Below, in pieces: positions 10,096 to 20,939 of a stretch of DNA of 64,000 bases. This stretch comes from Candidatus Woesearchaeota archaeon. Its GTDB lineage: Archaea > Nanobdellota > Nanobdellia > Pacearchaeales > GW2011-AR1. Where the stretch lies: NCBI GenBank assembly GCA_964419155.1, contig CAYQOK010000001.1:3623-67622 (forward strand). The letters are read 5' to 3'. The first letter of the stretch is position 1; every line of letters begins with the position of its first letter. Below the pieces are notes generated by a model that was given only the letters and a program-made list of their open reading frames with translations, did not search any database and was not told where the DNA came from. The translations under genes were made by a program, and so were the position numbers.

Positions 10096-10659
10096 TTAGA
10101 TTTTATTACCAATTAATAAAATTACTAAAATCCCCAATGTATGTAGTATATAAGCAAGGGTTATAAATCTCTTTAAAGAGATTTTTTTAATGCTTGCTAT
10201 CATACTAACACCAATTTCTGTTGGAAGGGGAGATGCAATTAAAAAACTAGAAACAAAATAAGTTATGTATTTATGATTAACTCCAAAAAACTTTTTACTT
10301 TGTTTTTCTATTTTTTTAATTGATTTTTCTTTTTTAAGATTATTAATCTCATCCATAAATGAATGTCTAACAAATTTGAATATTAGAACATCACTAATTA
10401 AAGCACCAATACTCCCAATTAAAACAGCTAATATCAAATTATAATCATTTGCAAAAACAAGTAATACTGCTGTTGCAGGTGCAGAAGTAAATCCATAAGA
10501 ATAAAAAAATCCTCCTAAAAAAATTCCAATAAATCCAAATGAAAGGATAAAATCCTGAAATACAAAAGAATTATTTCCTTGATTAAATAAAGCAATTGCA
10601 ATTACAATACTAAGAACAAATAATACTAATTTTGGATATTTTATTTTATAGTCTATCAT
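10096..10659 (-). CDS. Hypothetical polytopic membrane protein
   Basis: 187 aa, several hydrophobic helices, no signature motif. Confidence 0.35.
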   Translation of the reverse strand: MIDYKIKYPKLVLFVLSIVIAIALFNQGNNSFVFQDFILSFGFIGIFLGGFFYSYGFTSAPATAVLLVFANDYNLILAVLIGSIGALISDVLIFKFVRHSFMDEINNLKKEKSIKKIEKQSKKFFGVNHKYITYFVSSFLIASPLPTEIGVSMIASIKKISLKRFITLAYILHTLGILVILLIGNKI

Positions 10660-10766
10660 AAGGTATTAAGTTTTGATAAGTATAAAAGCATTATCCAATA
10701 GAGTTATAATTTATTATTAATTCAAAAGAAGAATGTTTATAAATCATTTAATGTTAGAATAATTAA

Positions 10767-10846
10767 GCCTCCATCGCATAATGGTATTGCACCGGCCTTG
10801 AGAGCCGGGCCCTATGGGCTTCCCGGTTCGATTCCGGGTGGGGGCG
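10767..10846 (+). tRNA. tRNA-Ser (anticodon TGA), class II with long variable arm
   Basis: GC-rich island in AT-rich DNA. Acceptor stem GCCTCCA/TGGGGGC with one G-U pair. Anticodon stem CCGGC/GCCGG with loop CTTGAGA. Variable arm GCCCTATGGGC. T-arm CCGG-TTCGATT-CCGG. No encoded CCA. Folded by hand. Confidence 0.65.
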
Positions 10847-11147
10847 CTTTTTTTATAGTATCTTATATTTTTGAAAAAAGCAATGCTTTTTACTTATCCA
10901 CAGAAATTTTAATATCATTCAAATGCAAGAAAAAATATTCTATAAATTACGCCTAATTCTATTCTGACACAAATAAACTAAATTAACTCCCCTATTACCT
11001 GATTCTTCTTCTAAATAATTTAATAATGAAGTTTCAAAAGAAGGGGTAAATAGAAGTTTTTCTTTTCTCTAGCGGCCCTAAATTTATTCTTTAGATCAGT
11101 ATAGTCTTCTTACAAATCTTTTTAAATATTAGTAGTTAGTTAAAGTT

Positions 11148-14100
11148 ATGAAAAAAAGAGGGAAAAAAGAGAATTTTAAATTAATAGTTATAATCATCTT
11201 ATTATTAATATTAGTATCAAGTATTCTTTTTTTAGTTCTTTCAGATCAACTTAAAACAACTGGAAGAGTAACTGAGATTTCAAAAACTTATAATATTCTT
11301 GCTATTGGGGATTCAAATACTGTTGGAGTTGGAAATCCTGTTGGTTGTTTAACAAATTGCGATGGATATAGAAAAAAACTAATTGAGTTATTAACAAATG
11401 CAGGATATAAAGTTAATTTTGTTGGTTCAAAATCAGATGGAAATTTTCAAGATAAACAACATGAAGGAACAAGTGGTATTGGAATTGCAGGAACAAGACA
11501 AAAAATAAATAATGGAATAATAGAAAAAACAAACCCAGATATTATATTAATAATGATTGGTGCAAATGATATGTGGGTCTCTGTTCAACCGGTTTCAGGT
11601 AGAGGTCCGATATCTAATCAAAAAGCAGAATATTGGGTTTCTGAATTAAGGGGTCTGTTAAATGATATTATTCAAAGAAAACCAAATGCTAAGATTATCA
11701 TTGCAAAACCAACAACACCTAGTAATTCACAAACACCCCTTAAGGTATTTAGAAATGGTATTGAAACAATTACCTCTGAATTAAATTCTCAGGGAAAAGA
11801 CATATCTGTTATTGATTGTTCTGGTGCATCAAATGATGGAGTTCATTTTACTCCTAATGGATATAATACGCTGGCTCAAAGATGGTTTAATGAAATTGAT
11901 AATTTTTTAAAAAAACAAACATCAGATAATGTTCAAATGACCTCGGATTCAAATGATAATCTATTATCAGAAATTACCCAATATCCAATAAAGGCAGATA
12001 CTAACTCTGGAACAATTGGAAATATTTTGTCAAATAGAGAATCAAGTTATTCTTGTTCTAAAACTAATTTTAATGGTGCTTGGAAAAAATCAACTGATAC
12101 ATCCTCTGGAAAAATAATTTTAGAGTTTCAAACACCAGTTTATCCAAAAAAAGCAATTGTTTATGGAATTGATTCTTGGTTTACAAAATTAGAAGCTTGG
12201 AATGGAACTGATTGGGAGATAATTTGGATGGGGGAATCAAGTAATTGCATTACTGAAATGAATGTTAAACAAATAGATTTTAAATCAAATAAATATAGAA
12301 TTACTTCCCCTATTGGAAAATTCGGCGGAATCTATGCTGTAAAAATTATAGGAAATAAAGATGAAGTATATAATTTTCCAAGTTGCAAAAGTACTGGAAC
12401 AAAATGTGAGGTCGGAGAGGTGTGTACTACTTCATGGAAAAATTCAAATGATACTTCTATGTGTTGTGCAGATAGTTGTGAATATAGATTTTATATATTT
12501 ACATTAGACATGTCACCTGGATTTTCTTCTCTTGATGCAGTAAGAGTTGCTAAAGAATTAAACATGAATTATTATAGATTTCTTAATCATAGGTGGTATC
12601 ATTCAGAAACTAATGATGATGCATCAGAATGGCAAGAGGTTATTGATTTTTATGAGAAAACAGAAAACTCAAATATAAATCACTTTTTAGCATTTAATAG
12701 TCGGATGTCTTTTGGACCGCAATACAGGGACAGTCTTCCTTTAATAAACACTTATCAAAATATTAAAGCAACTTATGGCGATGATGCTTCGAACTATGGA
12801 TACCTGGATATTTATAAAAATGTTCTTCCTATATTAAAAGAAGGTTCAGAATTGCTTATTTTTCTAGTAGGGTATAGTAGAAATTTTAATGGATGGGGTA
12901 GTGCATTTAATACTTATTTTGGAGAAAAAAATGAATTAGGAAAATATGTTGTATGGGCAGATTTTGGATATAGTATTCCTTGTGTTGTTAATAATCCAAA
13001 TCTTTGGGAAATAGCAAATTATAATGCTCATAAACCTGCAAATAAAGTTATAATTGGCCTTTATACTTCTTCTTATACTCCTTATTATTGTATTAATTTA
13101 AGGAAAATGACTAGTGGTTGGGATCCTAATGATGTTTCTAAACAAAGAGTATTTTGGAGAGATGGATTAAAGGCAGGGGCAGGTGGAATTTATTTTTGGA
13201 ATCCCTGGATGTTCAGCACTAATGGAAGAAATTTTGATTATTATAATTGGAAAGGACAGGTATGGCCAAAAGTATCTCCTTCTTCTTCAAGAGATTGGAC
13301 ACCCGAGGGTGTTGTAGTTTCAAATACAGTGGATTTAGCTAAAAAAGAAATACCGGATTTGTGCCCTTATTGTTCATTTTGTGGAGAAGATAAAATCTAT
13401 ATGGAAGATGGATTTCATGGTGCAAGTTGTTGTTATGAAAATGAAATTGCATTAGGAAATGATTGTTTTAAAAAAGATGTGAAATATCAATGGGCAAAAA
13501 ACTCAGATAAAAATAATGTTATTGGAACCCCATCAGATAAATTTACTTGTTATGGAAATATTGATCCTCAGAGTATGTGGACCCTGTCCACAACAGCAAA
13601 GATTCCTGAATCAAGTATTGTTTTAGATTATGAAGAAAGTGTTTCTCCTAATGCACTAGTTTTATACGGAAGTTATATGGTTATAGATAAAATTGAAGCT
13701 TGGGATGGAAGTTCATGGAAAGTTTTATGGAATGGGGTAAACAAAGGATATTGTATTTCTACAATAAATTTTACAGAGCAATCATTTGAAACTAATAAAA
13801 TAAGAATTCACATTCCTTCCAAGGATTTAGGAGATATTTACAAGTTCACTAGAAGCGGAATTGATGCTGTTTTGATGATTAGCGATAGTCCTAAGAAAAT
13901 CTGTTCAGGAGAAGATTGGGATTATTCTCTTGGAGAATGTACTAATGGAAATCAATTAAAGACATGGGTAAAAATAAATGAATGTTATCAAGGAGTCGAA
14001 CATCAAGATATTGAAATAGTTTCTTGTTCAGTTACTGCTCCTGAAGTAATATCCGAACCTGATTTAGAGAATGATTCTGATGGGGATGGGGTAGTTAATG

Positions 14101-15011
14101 TTCTAGACCAATGTCCAAATACACCTAGGGGAATGAATGTATCTCAAAGTGGATGTATTATTCCAAATTGGGGAGATTATAGAAAAATATATTCTCAAAC
14201 AAAAATCAATGGCATTGTAGAAAATCTTCAGATATCAAATTCAAATGCTAGTGTATTATTTAAAAATATAGTTAAAGTAGAAAGGGCAGAAGGAAATTTA
14301 GATATTGAAAATAATGTTATTTTAGAAAATAAAAAAGTCACTATAAAAAGTCATGAAATACCTGAATTAAATAAAACAGCAATAATCACTTTTAAAAATA
14401 TAAATTTAAATGAGCCAATAATTTTAATGGATGGAGAAAATTGTAGTGAATGTAAAATAATAAATTATAGAAATAACATATTAGAAGTAGAAGTACCCCA
14501 TTTTACAACTTATGAATTAATTGAAAAAAAAGATTATGAAAATATGACTACTTCAGAACAAACTCCTGAAGCGGAAAATAATGAAAGCTCAGATACAGAT
14601 AATGATGAGAAACCGGAACCTGATGTTTTACTTCCAACAAGTGATTTTATAGAGGATAATATAAAAAATAATCCATTAGAAAAAGATCAGGAGATCATGG
14701 AGTTTAAAGATGATGATAAAGATTCAGGAGATAATAAAAATAATAAATGGATTTATTATATTTTAATAATTGTTTTAATTTTAATTGTTATTGGAATTCT
14801 TATTTGGATTTTCTTAAAAAAGAAAAAAGAAAATTCTGAAAAGAATGGGCAATTAGATAACTCAACTTTTAAACCAGATAATCCTACTCAAAAACAACAA
14901 GTAATGCCTATGCAGAGGAGAGTTTTAAGACCCTTAGACAGAAGAGGATTTGAAAGCAGAAATTTTAGAAGAAACCCTAATTTCCGACCAAGACAAAATT
15001 TTAGGTTATAA
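11148..15011 (+). CDS. Giant type-I membrane-anchored surface protein: N-terminal SGNH/GDSL hydrolase, two beta-sandwich repeats, Cys-rich modules, Ca-binding-like DxDxDG, C-terminal TM and Arg-rich tail
   Basis: Signal/TM 'IIILLLILVSSILFLVL'. SGNH blocks 'ILAIGDSNTVGVG' (I), 'IMIGANDMW' (III) and 'DGVHFTPNGY' (V). Internal repeat around 'IEAWNGTDWEIIW' / 'IEAWDGSSWKVLW'. 'DSDGDGVVNVLDQCPNT'. TM 'WIYYILIIVLILIVIGILIWIFL'. Tail rich in R/N/F. Confidence 0.6.
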   Translation: MKKRGKKENFKLIVIIILLLILVSSILFLVLSDQLKTTGRVTEISKTYNILAIGDSNTVGVGNPVGCLTNCDGYRKKLIELLTNAGYKVNFVGSKSDGNFQDKQHEGTSGIGIAGTRQKINNGIIEKTNPDIILIMIGANDMWVSVQPVSGRGPISNQKAEYWVSELRGLLNDIIQRKPNAKIIIAKPTTPSNSQTPLKVFRNGIETITSELNSQGKDISVIDCSGASNDGVHFTPNGYNTLAQRWFNEIDNFLKKQTSDNVQMTSDSNDNLLSEITQYPIKADTNSGTIGNILSNRESSYSCSKTNFNGAWKKSTDTSSGKIILEFQTPVYPKKAIVYGIDSWFTKLEAWNGTDWEIIWMGESSNCITEMNVKQIDFKSNKYRITSPIGKFGGIYAVKIIGNKDEVYNFPSCKSTGTKCEVGEVCTTSWKNSNDTSMCCADSCEYRFYIFTLDMSPGFSSLDAVRVAKELNMNYYRFLNHRWYHSETNDDASEWQEVIDFYEKTENSNINHFLAFNSRMSFGPQYRDSLPLINTYQNIKATYGDDASNYGYLDIYKNVLPILKEGSELLIFLVGYSRNFNGWGSAFNTYFGEKNELGKYVVWADFGYSIPCVVNNPNLWEIANYNAHKPANKVIIGLYTSSYTPYYCINLRKMTSGWDPNDVSKQRVFWRDGLKAGAGGIYFWNPWMFSTNGRNFDYYNWKGQVWPKVSPSSSRDWTPEGVVVSNTVDLAKKEIPDLCPYCSFCGEDKIYMEDGFHGASCCYENEIALGNDCFKKDVKYQWAKNSDKNNVIGTPSDKFTCYGNIDPQSMWTLSTTAKIPESSIVLDYEESVSPNALVLYGSYMVIDKIEAWDGSSWKVLWNGVNKGYCISTINFTEQSFETNKIRIHIPSKDLGDIYKFTRSGIDAVLMISDSPKKICSGEDWDYSLGECTNGNQLKTWVKINECYQGVEHQDIEIVSCSVTAPEVISEPDLENDSDGDGVVNVLDQCPNTPRGMNVSQSGCIIPNWGDYRKIYSQTKINGIVENLQISNSNASVLFKNIVKVERAEGNLDIENNVILENKKVTIKSHEIPELNKTAIITFKNINLNEPIILMDGENCSECKIINYRNNILEVEVPHFTTYELIEKKDYENMTTSEQTPEAENNESSDTDNDEKPEPDVLLPTSDFIEDNIKNNPLEKDQEIMEFKDDDKDSGDNKNNKWIYYILIIVLILIVIGILIWIFLKKKKENSEKNGQLDNSTFKPDNPTQKQQVMPMQRRVLRPLDRRGFESRNFRRNPNFRPRQNFRL

Positions 15012-15404
15012 TTCAAAAGAATTATCTACTTTTTTAGAAACTTCTAATAATCTATTAAACATTAATTCTGAATCTTTTTTTAATTCTTCAATTGCACCTG
15101 ATAATGACTTTCCCCTTAATGCAATCTTTCTTTTTTCTCTTATGATTATTCCACTTTCCATAAGCCCCCTAACATGGTGATTTATTACATAAGGTTCTAA
15201 TTTTAATGATTTTGAAATAACTTCTGTTGAAACTAAATCTTGTTCTGAGACTAAGTTAAGAAGTTCATATAATACCTTAAAAGAAATGCATTCAGTGTCC
15301 CTTCCATTCATCAATCCAAGACTATTACAGATCCATCTAACATTTTCTTTAAGATTTATTTCTCTAGGTTTATCTAAATTTTTTATAGTTATTCTTTGTC
15401 TCAT
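15006..15404 (-). CDS. Putative winged-helix transcriptional regulator
   Basis: 132 aa. 'ISKSLKLEPYVINHHVRGLMESGIIIREKR' resembles a wHTH recognition helix plus wing. Confidence 0.4.
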   Translation of the reverse strand: MRQRITIKNLDKPREINLKENVRWICNSLGLMNGRDTECISFKVLYELLNLVSEQDLVSTEVISKSLKLEPYVINHHVRGLMESGIIIREKRKIALRGKSLSGAIEELKKDSELMFNRLLEVSKKVDNSFEL

Positions 15405-15768
15405 TTATTTGATAAGGGTATTCTATATTTAAATGTTTTGAATTAAATCGATACAGTTTACCTTTAGTATAAATCATTTCTATTTAAACAAAAGATTTAA
15501 ATACTTATGTTAATTTTAAAAATTATAAAAATTTTGCTTGGGAAAAAAATATAAAATAATATAGCAAAAGAAGATTTTAAAAGAAATAAATTTTATACAG
15601 AAAATAATTTAAAAGAGTATACTTGGTTTTAACCACTCTTTAATTTCCCAATATAGTTAACTGAATAAATTAGGTTGGATTTGTAAATAGAAAAGTATTA
15701 GATTAAAGAATAATAAAAAAGCAAAATTTAAAAAATAAAAAAACAATTAAAATTAAAGGAGAATAAAA

Positions 15769-16194
15769 ATGGGATTTTTTGATGAAGATGATACATTTGA
15801 CAGCATTGTAAGAGAATTTTTTGGAGGATCTCCAGTTAGAAAATCCAGAAGAGAACAATTTATTAAAGGAGAAGATGAAGATAGGATCATTGATTTTATA
15901 GAAGATGAAAGAAAGGTTTATCTTGTATTTGAACTTTATGGATTTAATGAAAAAGATGTTTCTGTTAAGATAACTGGAATGAATCTAGAGATTTCAGCTA
16001 AAAAATCAAATAAAGAAGATATGCAAAATTATTTAAATCAAAAATTAAGGAAAGGAATTTTGATTAAAAAAAGATTACCAAATATAGTTGATATTGAAAG
16101 CATGCAACACTATTTTAATAATGGTGTTTTAGAAATAATACTTAATAAACAAGGAGAAAATAAAAATGGCTCAAGAAAAATTAAAGTTAACTGA
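15769..16194 (+). CDS. Small heat-shock protein Hsp20/alpha-crystallin family
   Basis: ACD blocks 'VYLVFELYGFNEKDVSVKI' and 'NNGVLEIILNK'. GGAG RBS upstream. Confidence 0.8.
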   Translation: MGFFDEDDTFDSIVREFFGGSPVRKSRREQFIKGEDEDRIIDFIEDERKVYLVFELYGFNEKDVSVKITGMNLEISAKKSNKEDMQNYLNQKLRKGILIKKRLPNIVDIESMQHYFNNGVLEIILNKQGENKNGSRKIKVN

Positions 16195-18346
16195 ACTTGA
16201 AGTAACTGAAAGTTTACAGGAAGATATTGATAAAGGAATTGTTAGAATTCCCTCAAATATAATGAACGAGCTTGGATTGCTTTCTGGAATGATAATTGAA
16301 ATAAAAGCAAAAGAATCAACTGTTGTTAAGGCAATGAGATCTATAAAAGATGATTTTAATAAAAAAATCATTAGGCTTGATGGTACAACAAGGTCAAATA
16401 TTGGGGCTTCTATTGGAGATAAAATAGAAATTTTTAAAACAAAAATACAAGAAGCTAAAAAAATAACATTGTCTCCGCTTCAAGAGATTCAATTTTCTGA
16501 TGATCCTACTGAATATTTTCATTCAAAATTATTACATAAACCATTAAAACAGGGACATAAAACAATAATAGATGTTTTTGGAACAAGACTGGGGTATGTT
16601 GTTTCTAAAACTGATCCCAAAGATTATGTAATTGTAACTCCTTTAACAAAAATAATTGTTTCTTCAAATCCCTATGTGGGGGATTTAAAAGCAACTGGAA
16701 TAAGTTATGAAGATATTGGTGGATTGAAAAATGAAATAGAATTAGTTAGAGAGATGGTCGAACTTCCAATGAAACATCCAGAAGTATTTCAAAAATTAGG
16801 TGTTGGTGCACCAAAAGGTGTTCTTTTAACAGGTCCTCCTGGAACTGGTAAAACTCTTTTAGCAAAGGCAGTTGCATCTGAAACAGATTCTTCATTTTTT
16901 TCAATTGCAGGTCCTGAAATTGTTTCTAAATTTTATGGAGAATCTGAAAAACATATAAGAGATATTTTCGAGCAAGCTGAAAAAAATGCTCCTGCAATTA
17001 TTTTTATTGATGAAATTGATTCTATTGCACCTAAAAGAGGTGAGGGAATTGATCAAACCGAAAAAAGAATTGTTGCACAGTTGTTAACACTAATGGATGG
17101 ACTTAAATCAAGAGGGCAAGTTGTTGTTATGGCTGCTACAAATAGGCCAGATGATATTGATGAAGCACTTAGAAGACCGGGAAGGTTTGATAGAGAGCTA
17201 CGGATTAATTCTCCTGATGAAATCGGAAGAAAAGAGATATTACAAATTCATACAAGAGGAATGCCATTAGATAGAGATGTAAATTTTGAAGAGATTGCTT
17301 ATAAAACCATTGGTTTTACAGGTGCAGATATTGAGGTTTTATGCAAAGAATCTGCACTTAAGGCAATTAAACCTTATTTTACACAATTAAAAAACATTGA
17401 AGAAAAAGTTCCTACTCAAATCTTAGATAAAATAAAAGTAAATAGACAACATTTTTTAGATTCCTTAAGATCAATAGAGCCTTCTGCGATGAGAGAGGTA
17501 TTAATTAATCGACCAAATACTACTTGGGAGGATATTGGTGGATTAGAAGAAACAAAAGAAAAATTAAGAGAATTAGTTGAACTTCCCTTGATAAGGCCTG
17601 ATTTATTTGAAAGGGCAGGAATAAGGCCCTCAAAAGGAATTTTATTAAGCGGACCTTCTGGAACTGGTAAAACATTATTAGCAAAGGCAGTTGCAAATGA
17701 ATCAAATGCAAATTTCATATCTGTTAAAGGGCCTGAGTTAATAAGTAAATGGGTTGGTGAGAGTGAAAAACATGTTAGAGAGATTTTTAAAAAAGCAAGA
17801 CAAGTTGCACCTGCAATTATTTTCTTTGATGAATTTGATTCAATATCTAAACAAAGAGGAATTTCATTATCAGATTCAACTGAAAGAGTTGTTAATCAAT
17901 TATTAACAGAATTAGATGGAATAGAAGAATTAGAAAAAGTTATTGTAATTGCTGCTACAAACAGAAAAGACTTAATTGATTCTTCTCTTTTAAGGCCTGG
18001 AAGAATAGATACTATTGTAGAATTAGGTATTCCAGACGAGAAAACAAGAGAGAAAATATTTGAAGTTCATGTAAAAAAAATGCCATTAGATAAAGATGTA
18101 AACATAAAAGATTATGTTAAAAAAACAGAAAATTGGACAGGTGCAGAAATTGAGTCCATATGTAGAAATGCAGGAATTAATGCAATAAAAAGATATTATA
18201 GTAAACAAAAAAAACAAGAAACCCTTACAATATCTAAAGAAGATTTTGAAAAAGCATTAATAGAAGTTTCAAAAAATATAAATAAAGAAATAAAATCATT
18301 GGAAAAAGAAAAAACTATTTCTGATAAAAAAAGCAATCAAAAATAA
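16166..18346 (+). CDS. cdc48: CDC48/VCP-like AAA+ ATPase (two AAA domains plus N-domain)
   Basis: Two Walker A sites '[15 protein letters not shown]' and '[15 protein letters not shown]'. Walker B 'IIFIDEIDS' and 'IIFFDEFDS'. N-domain '[15 protein letters not shown]'. Confidence 0.95.
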   Translation: MAQEKLKLTELEVTESLQEDIDKGIVRIPSNIMNELGLLSGMIIEIKAKESTVVKAMRSIKDDFNKKIIRLDGTTRSNIGASIGDKIEIFKTKIQEAKKITLSPLQEIQFSDDPTEYFHSKLLHKPLKQGHKTIIDVFGTRLGYVVSKTDPKDYVIVTPLTKIIVSSNPYVGDLKATGISYEDIGGLKNEIELVREMVELPMKHPEVFQKLGVGAPKGVLLTGPPGTGKTLLAKAVASETDSSFFSIAGPEIVSKFYGESEKHIRDIFEQAEKNAPAIIFIDEIDSIAPKRGEGIDQTEKRIVAQLLTLMDGLKSRGQVVVMAATNRPDDIDEALRRPGRFDRELRINSPDEIGRKEILQIHTRGMPLDRDVNFEEIAYKTIGFTGADIEVLCKESALKAIKPYFTQLKNIEEKVPTQILDKIKVNRQHFLDSLRSIEPSAMREVLINRPNTTWEDIGGLEETKEKLRELVELPLIRPDLFERAGIRPSKGILLSGPSGTGKTLLAKAVANESNANFISVKGPELISKWVGESEKHVREIFKKARQVAPAIIFFDEFDSISKQRGISLSDSTERVVNQLLTELDGIEELEKVIVIAATNRKDLIDSSLLRPGRIDTIVELGIPDEKTREKIFEVHVKKMPLDKDVNIKDYVKKTENWTGAEIESICRNAGINAIKRYYSKQKKQETLTISKEDFEKALIEVSKNINKEIKSLEKEKTISDKKSNQK

Positions 18347-18405
18347 ACGTAATATATTTTTTACAAAAACAAAACATTTAAATAGTAAGAAATATATTAC
18401 GTTTT

Positions 18406-18807
18406 ATGATAACAAAAAATAAAACAGGGACAGTATGGAGATATGGATTTGCAGTTTTATTAATATTAGCAGGTTTGTTAACTCTTCATTATAATATTGG
18501 AAATGAATTTTTAGGATTTTCTTCAGTTGGAACCTGGCTTATTTATGTTGGTTTTATTATGCTAACAGTAACTACATTGCAATTAGTATCTAAAAAGAAA
18601 AAAATTGTTGATGAAAGAATGCAGTTTATATCTTCTAAAGCATTAGGGATAACTTATCTTTCAGTAATTTTAATAGCTTTTATTGTTATGATTATAGATG
18701 GGATTAAACCAATTACAATTCCCTATTCTTATTTTATGAGTTATTTTGCTTGCGGGATTATATTAATTTATGCTATTTCTTATAAAATCCTTTTGAGGTA
18801 TTATTAA
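18406..18807 (+). CDS. Small membrane protein
   Basis: Four predicted TM helices, 133 aa. Confidence 0.3.
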   Translation: MITKNKTGTVWRYGFAVLLILAGLLTLHYNIGNEFLGFSSVGTWLIYVGFIMLTVTTLQLVSKKKKIVDERMQFISSKALGITYLSVILIAFIVMIIDGIKPITIPYSYFMSYFACGIILIYAISYKILLRYY

Positions 18808-18808
18808 A

Positions 18809-19240
18809 ATGGTTTTTGGAAATCCAAAATGGTTTGGAAGAAGAAAATATGGCGGATGGGGGTTAAGTATTAAATCTTGGAGGGGACTTGTACATATCTT
18901 AATATTAATAATCCCTTTGATGGTATTTCAATTTATTCCGTATTGGTCATTTCAAACAAGATTAATTACAACAGGAATATGGATGTTATTTTTATTAATA
19001 GAAATTGTTGATATTATGAGAAGAATAGATAAAGATGAAAGAGAGAAAATTCATGAAGCTATTGCAGAAAGAAATGCGTTATGGGGTGTAATGACTGTAT
19101 TAGTTTTGGCTATTCTTTACCAAACAATTACAAGTGCATTAAACCAAAATTTATTTGTAAATTGGTGGATTGTTTCTGCTTTATTGGTTGGAGTAATAAT
19201 TAAAGCTGCATCTAATTATTACTTAGATAGAAAAAATTAA
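18809..19240 (+). CDS. Small membrane protein
   Basis: 143 aa, 3-4 TM helices. Separated from the previous gene by 1 nt and followed by an XRE regulator. Confidence 0.3.
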   Translation: MVFGNPKWFGRRKYGGWGLSIKSWRGLVHILILIIPLMVFQFIPYWSFQTRLITTGIWMLFLLIEIVDIMRRIDKDEREKIHEAIAERNALWGVMTVLVLAILYQTITSALNQNLFVNWWIVSALLVGVIIKAASNYYLDRKN

Positions 19241-19248
19241 GAGAAACT

Positions 19249-19443
19249 ATGAAAATAAAAATAAAAGAATTTAGAAAAAAATTAAAAATGACCCAAGAAG
19301 AATTAGCAAATAATGTAGGAGTAACTAGACAAACAATAAATGCATTAGAACAGGGAAGATATAATCCTTCTCTTGAATTAGCTTATAAAATTAAGAAAGC
19401 ATTAAAAGCAAAAAGTATAGAAGATTTATTTAAATTCAATTAA
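19249..19443 (+). CDS. XRE/Cro-family HTH transcriptional regulator
   Basis: '[35 protein letters not shown]' is a canonical HTH_3 motif. Confidence 0.8.
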   Translation: MKIKIKEFRKKLKMTQEELANNVGVTRQTINALEQGRYNPSLELAYKIKKALKAKSIEDLFKFN

Positions 19444-19501
19444 CTTCAAATCTATTTGAAGTTATCTTATGATTTATAAAGTAATATAAATTATAATTCT
19501 T

Positions 19502-20164
19502 ATGGCTGAAAAAAATATTTTAATATCTTTAGATGATGAAAAACAAATAAAAAGAGTTTCTGAGGCATTAAGTAATAAAACTTGTAAAAAAATTATTGAT
19601 ATATTATCTGAAACAGAGGGGGATAGTGGATTAAGTGCAAGTGATATTGCAAAAAAATTAAATATTGGATTAAATACAATAGATTATAATCTAAAAAAAT
19701 TAATTGATACTGGATTAATTGAAAAAACAAAGGAATTTTTTTGGAGTATAAGGGGAAAAAGAATTTCGTTATACCGGGTATCTAATAAAAAAATAATTAT
19801 AAGTCCTAAAAAATCAATTAGAAGTAAAATAATAAAAATTTTGCCCACTGTATTAATTTCAAGTGTTATTGGTCTTGGATTAAAAGTTTTTGACTCTATT
19901 AAAAATAAGAGCTTAATAGTACAAAAAGACTTTAATGTTTATGATACAGGTCTATTATCTGAAGGCAATAATATTGCAGTTAGGGGCTATTCAGAAGAAG
20001 GTGTATTAATGGCTAAAGATTCTGTTATGCAAGTTAGTGATAATGGGGTAGATTTAATTACAAAAATATTAAATTTAGATATAGGAATTTGGTTTATTAT
20101 AGGGGCTTTTTTCGGATTATTTATTTTTTTAATATTAAATTGGAAAAAATTAAATGATTTATAG
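19502..20164 (+). CDS. Membrane-tethered ArsR-like winged-helix regulator
   Basis: N-terminal wHTH 'LSASDIAKKLNIGLNTIDYNLKKLIDTGLIEK'. C-terminal TM helices 'ILPTVLISSVIGLGL' and 'IGIWFIIGAFFGLFIFLIL'. Confidence 0.5.
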   Translation: MAEKNILISLDDEKQIKRVSEALSNKTCKKIIDILSETEGDSGLSASDIAKKLNIGLNTIDYNLKKLIDTGLIEKTKEFFWSIRGKRISLYRVSNKKIIISPKKSIRSKIIKILPTVLISSVIGLGLKVFDSIKNKSLIVQKDFNVYDTGLLSEGNNIAVRGYSEEGVLMAKDSVMQVSDNGVDLITKILNLDIGIWFIIGAFFGLFIFLILNWKKLNDL

Positions 20165-20185
20165 GATGAAAGGAGGTATTAAAAG

Positions 20186-20923
20186 ATGAAACAAGGAATT
20201 CAAATAACATTAATTATTGCAGCAACTTTATTAATCATAACTTTTTCAGGAGTTTATGCTTTTTTTCAGATGGCTCCTACAAATACAGTAAGTTCAAATG
20301 GTTATGCTGAAATTAGTGTTGATCCGGATATTATAGGAATTCATTTTAATGTAGAAACAAATGGTTCTACTGCTAAAGAAGCTAAGGATGAAAATTCTGA
20401 GATAGTTGAAGAAGTTATTACAGCCTTAATTAAAAAAGGATTAGAAAGAGACGACATTGAAACACAAAACTTTAATGTTTATCAAGACTATATTTGGAAT
20501 AAAGATGGAAGAGAAGATAATGGATTTAGAGCAACACATACTATTAGAATAGAAGTATCCGCAGATAAGTCTGATAAAATTGGAGAATTTATTGATGTTA
20601 GTGTTGATGAGGGTGCATTAGTTTCTTATGTAAGTTTTGAGCTTAGTCCAGAATTACAAAATGAATATAAATCAGATGCATTAAGTGAAGCTGCAAAAGA
20701 TGCAAAACAAAAAGCAGAAGCTATTGCAAAAGGACTTGGAAAAAGAATTGGAAGAATTGTATCAACAAGTAGTTCTGATTTTAATTATAGCCCCTGGATG
20801 GCTTATGAAAGTAAGGATATTGCAATGGATGCAGGATCAGAAGTTCAAAGAGCAGTAACAGACATACAACCTGGAGAAAAACAAATAACAGCAAGAGTTT
20901 CTGTTACCTATAAGATTTATTAA
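20186..20923 (+). CDS. SIMPL/DUF541-family secreted protein (BP26/OMP28-like)
   Basis: Signal peptide. 'ISVDPDIIGIHFNVETNGSTAKEAKDENSEIVEEVITAL' and 'ALSEAAKDAKQKAEAIAKGLGKRIGRIVS' are typical SIMPL blocks. Confidence 0.7.
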   Translation: MKQGIQITLIIAATLLIITFSGVYAFFQMAPTNTVSSNGYAEISVDPDIIGIHFNVETNGSTAKEAKDENSEIVEEVITALIKKGLERDDIETQNFNVYQDYIWNKDGREDNGFRATHTIRIEVSADKSDKIGEFIDVSVDEGALVSYVSFELSPELQNEYKSDALSEAAKDAKQKAEAIAKGLGKRIGRIVSTSSSDFNYSPWMAYESKDIAMDAGSEVQRAVTDIQPGEKQITARVSVTYKIY

Positions 20924-20939
20924 TTTTTTTTATTATTTT

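Noticed and set aside
17416-17718. Two minus-strand ORFs inside cdc48
   Set aside because: Antisense to the Walker A/B region of a highly conserved AAA domain.
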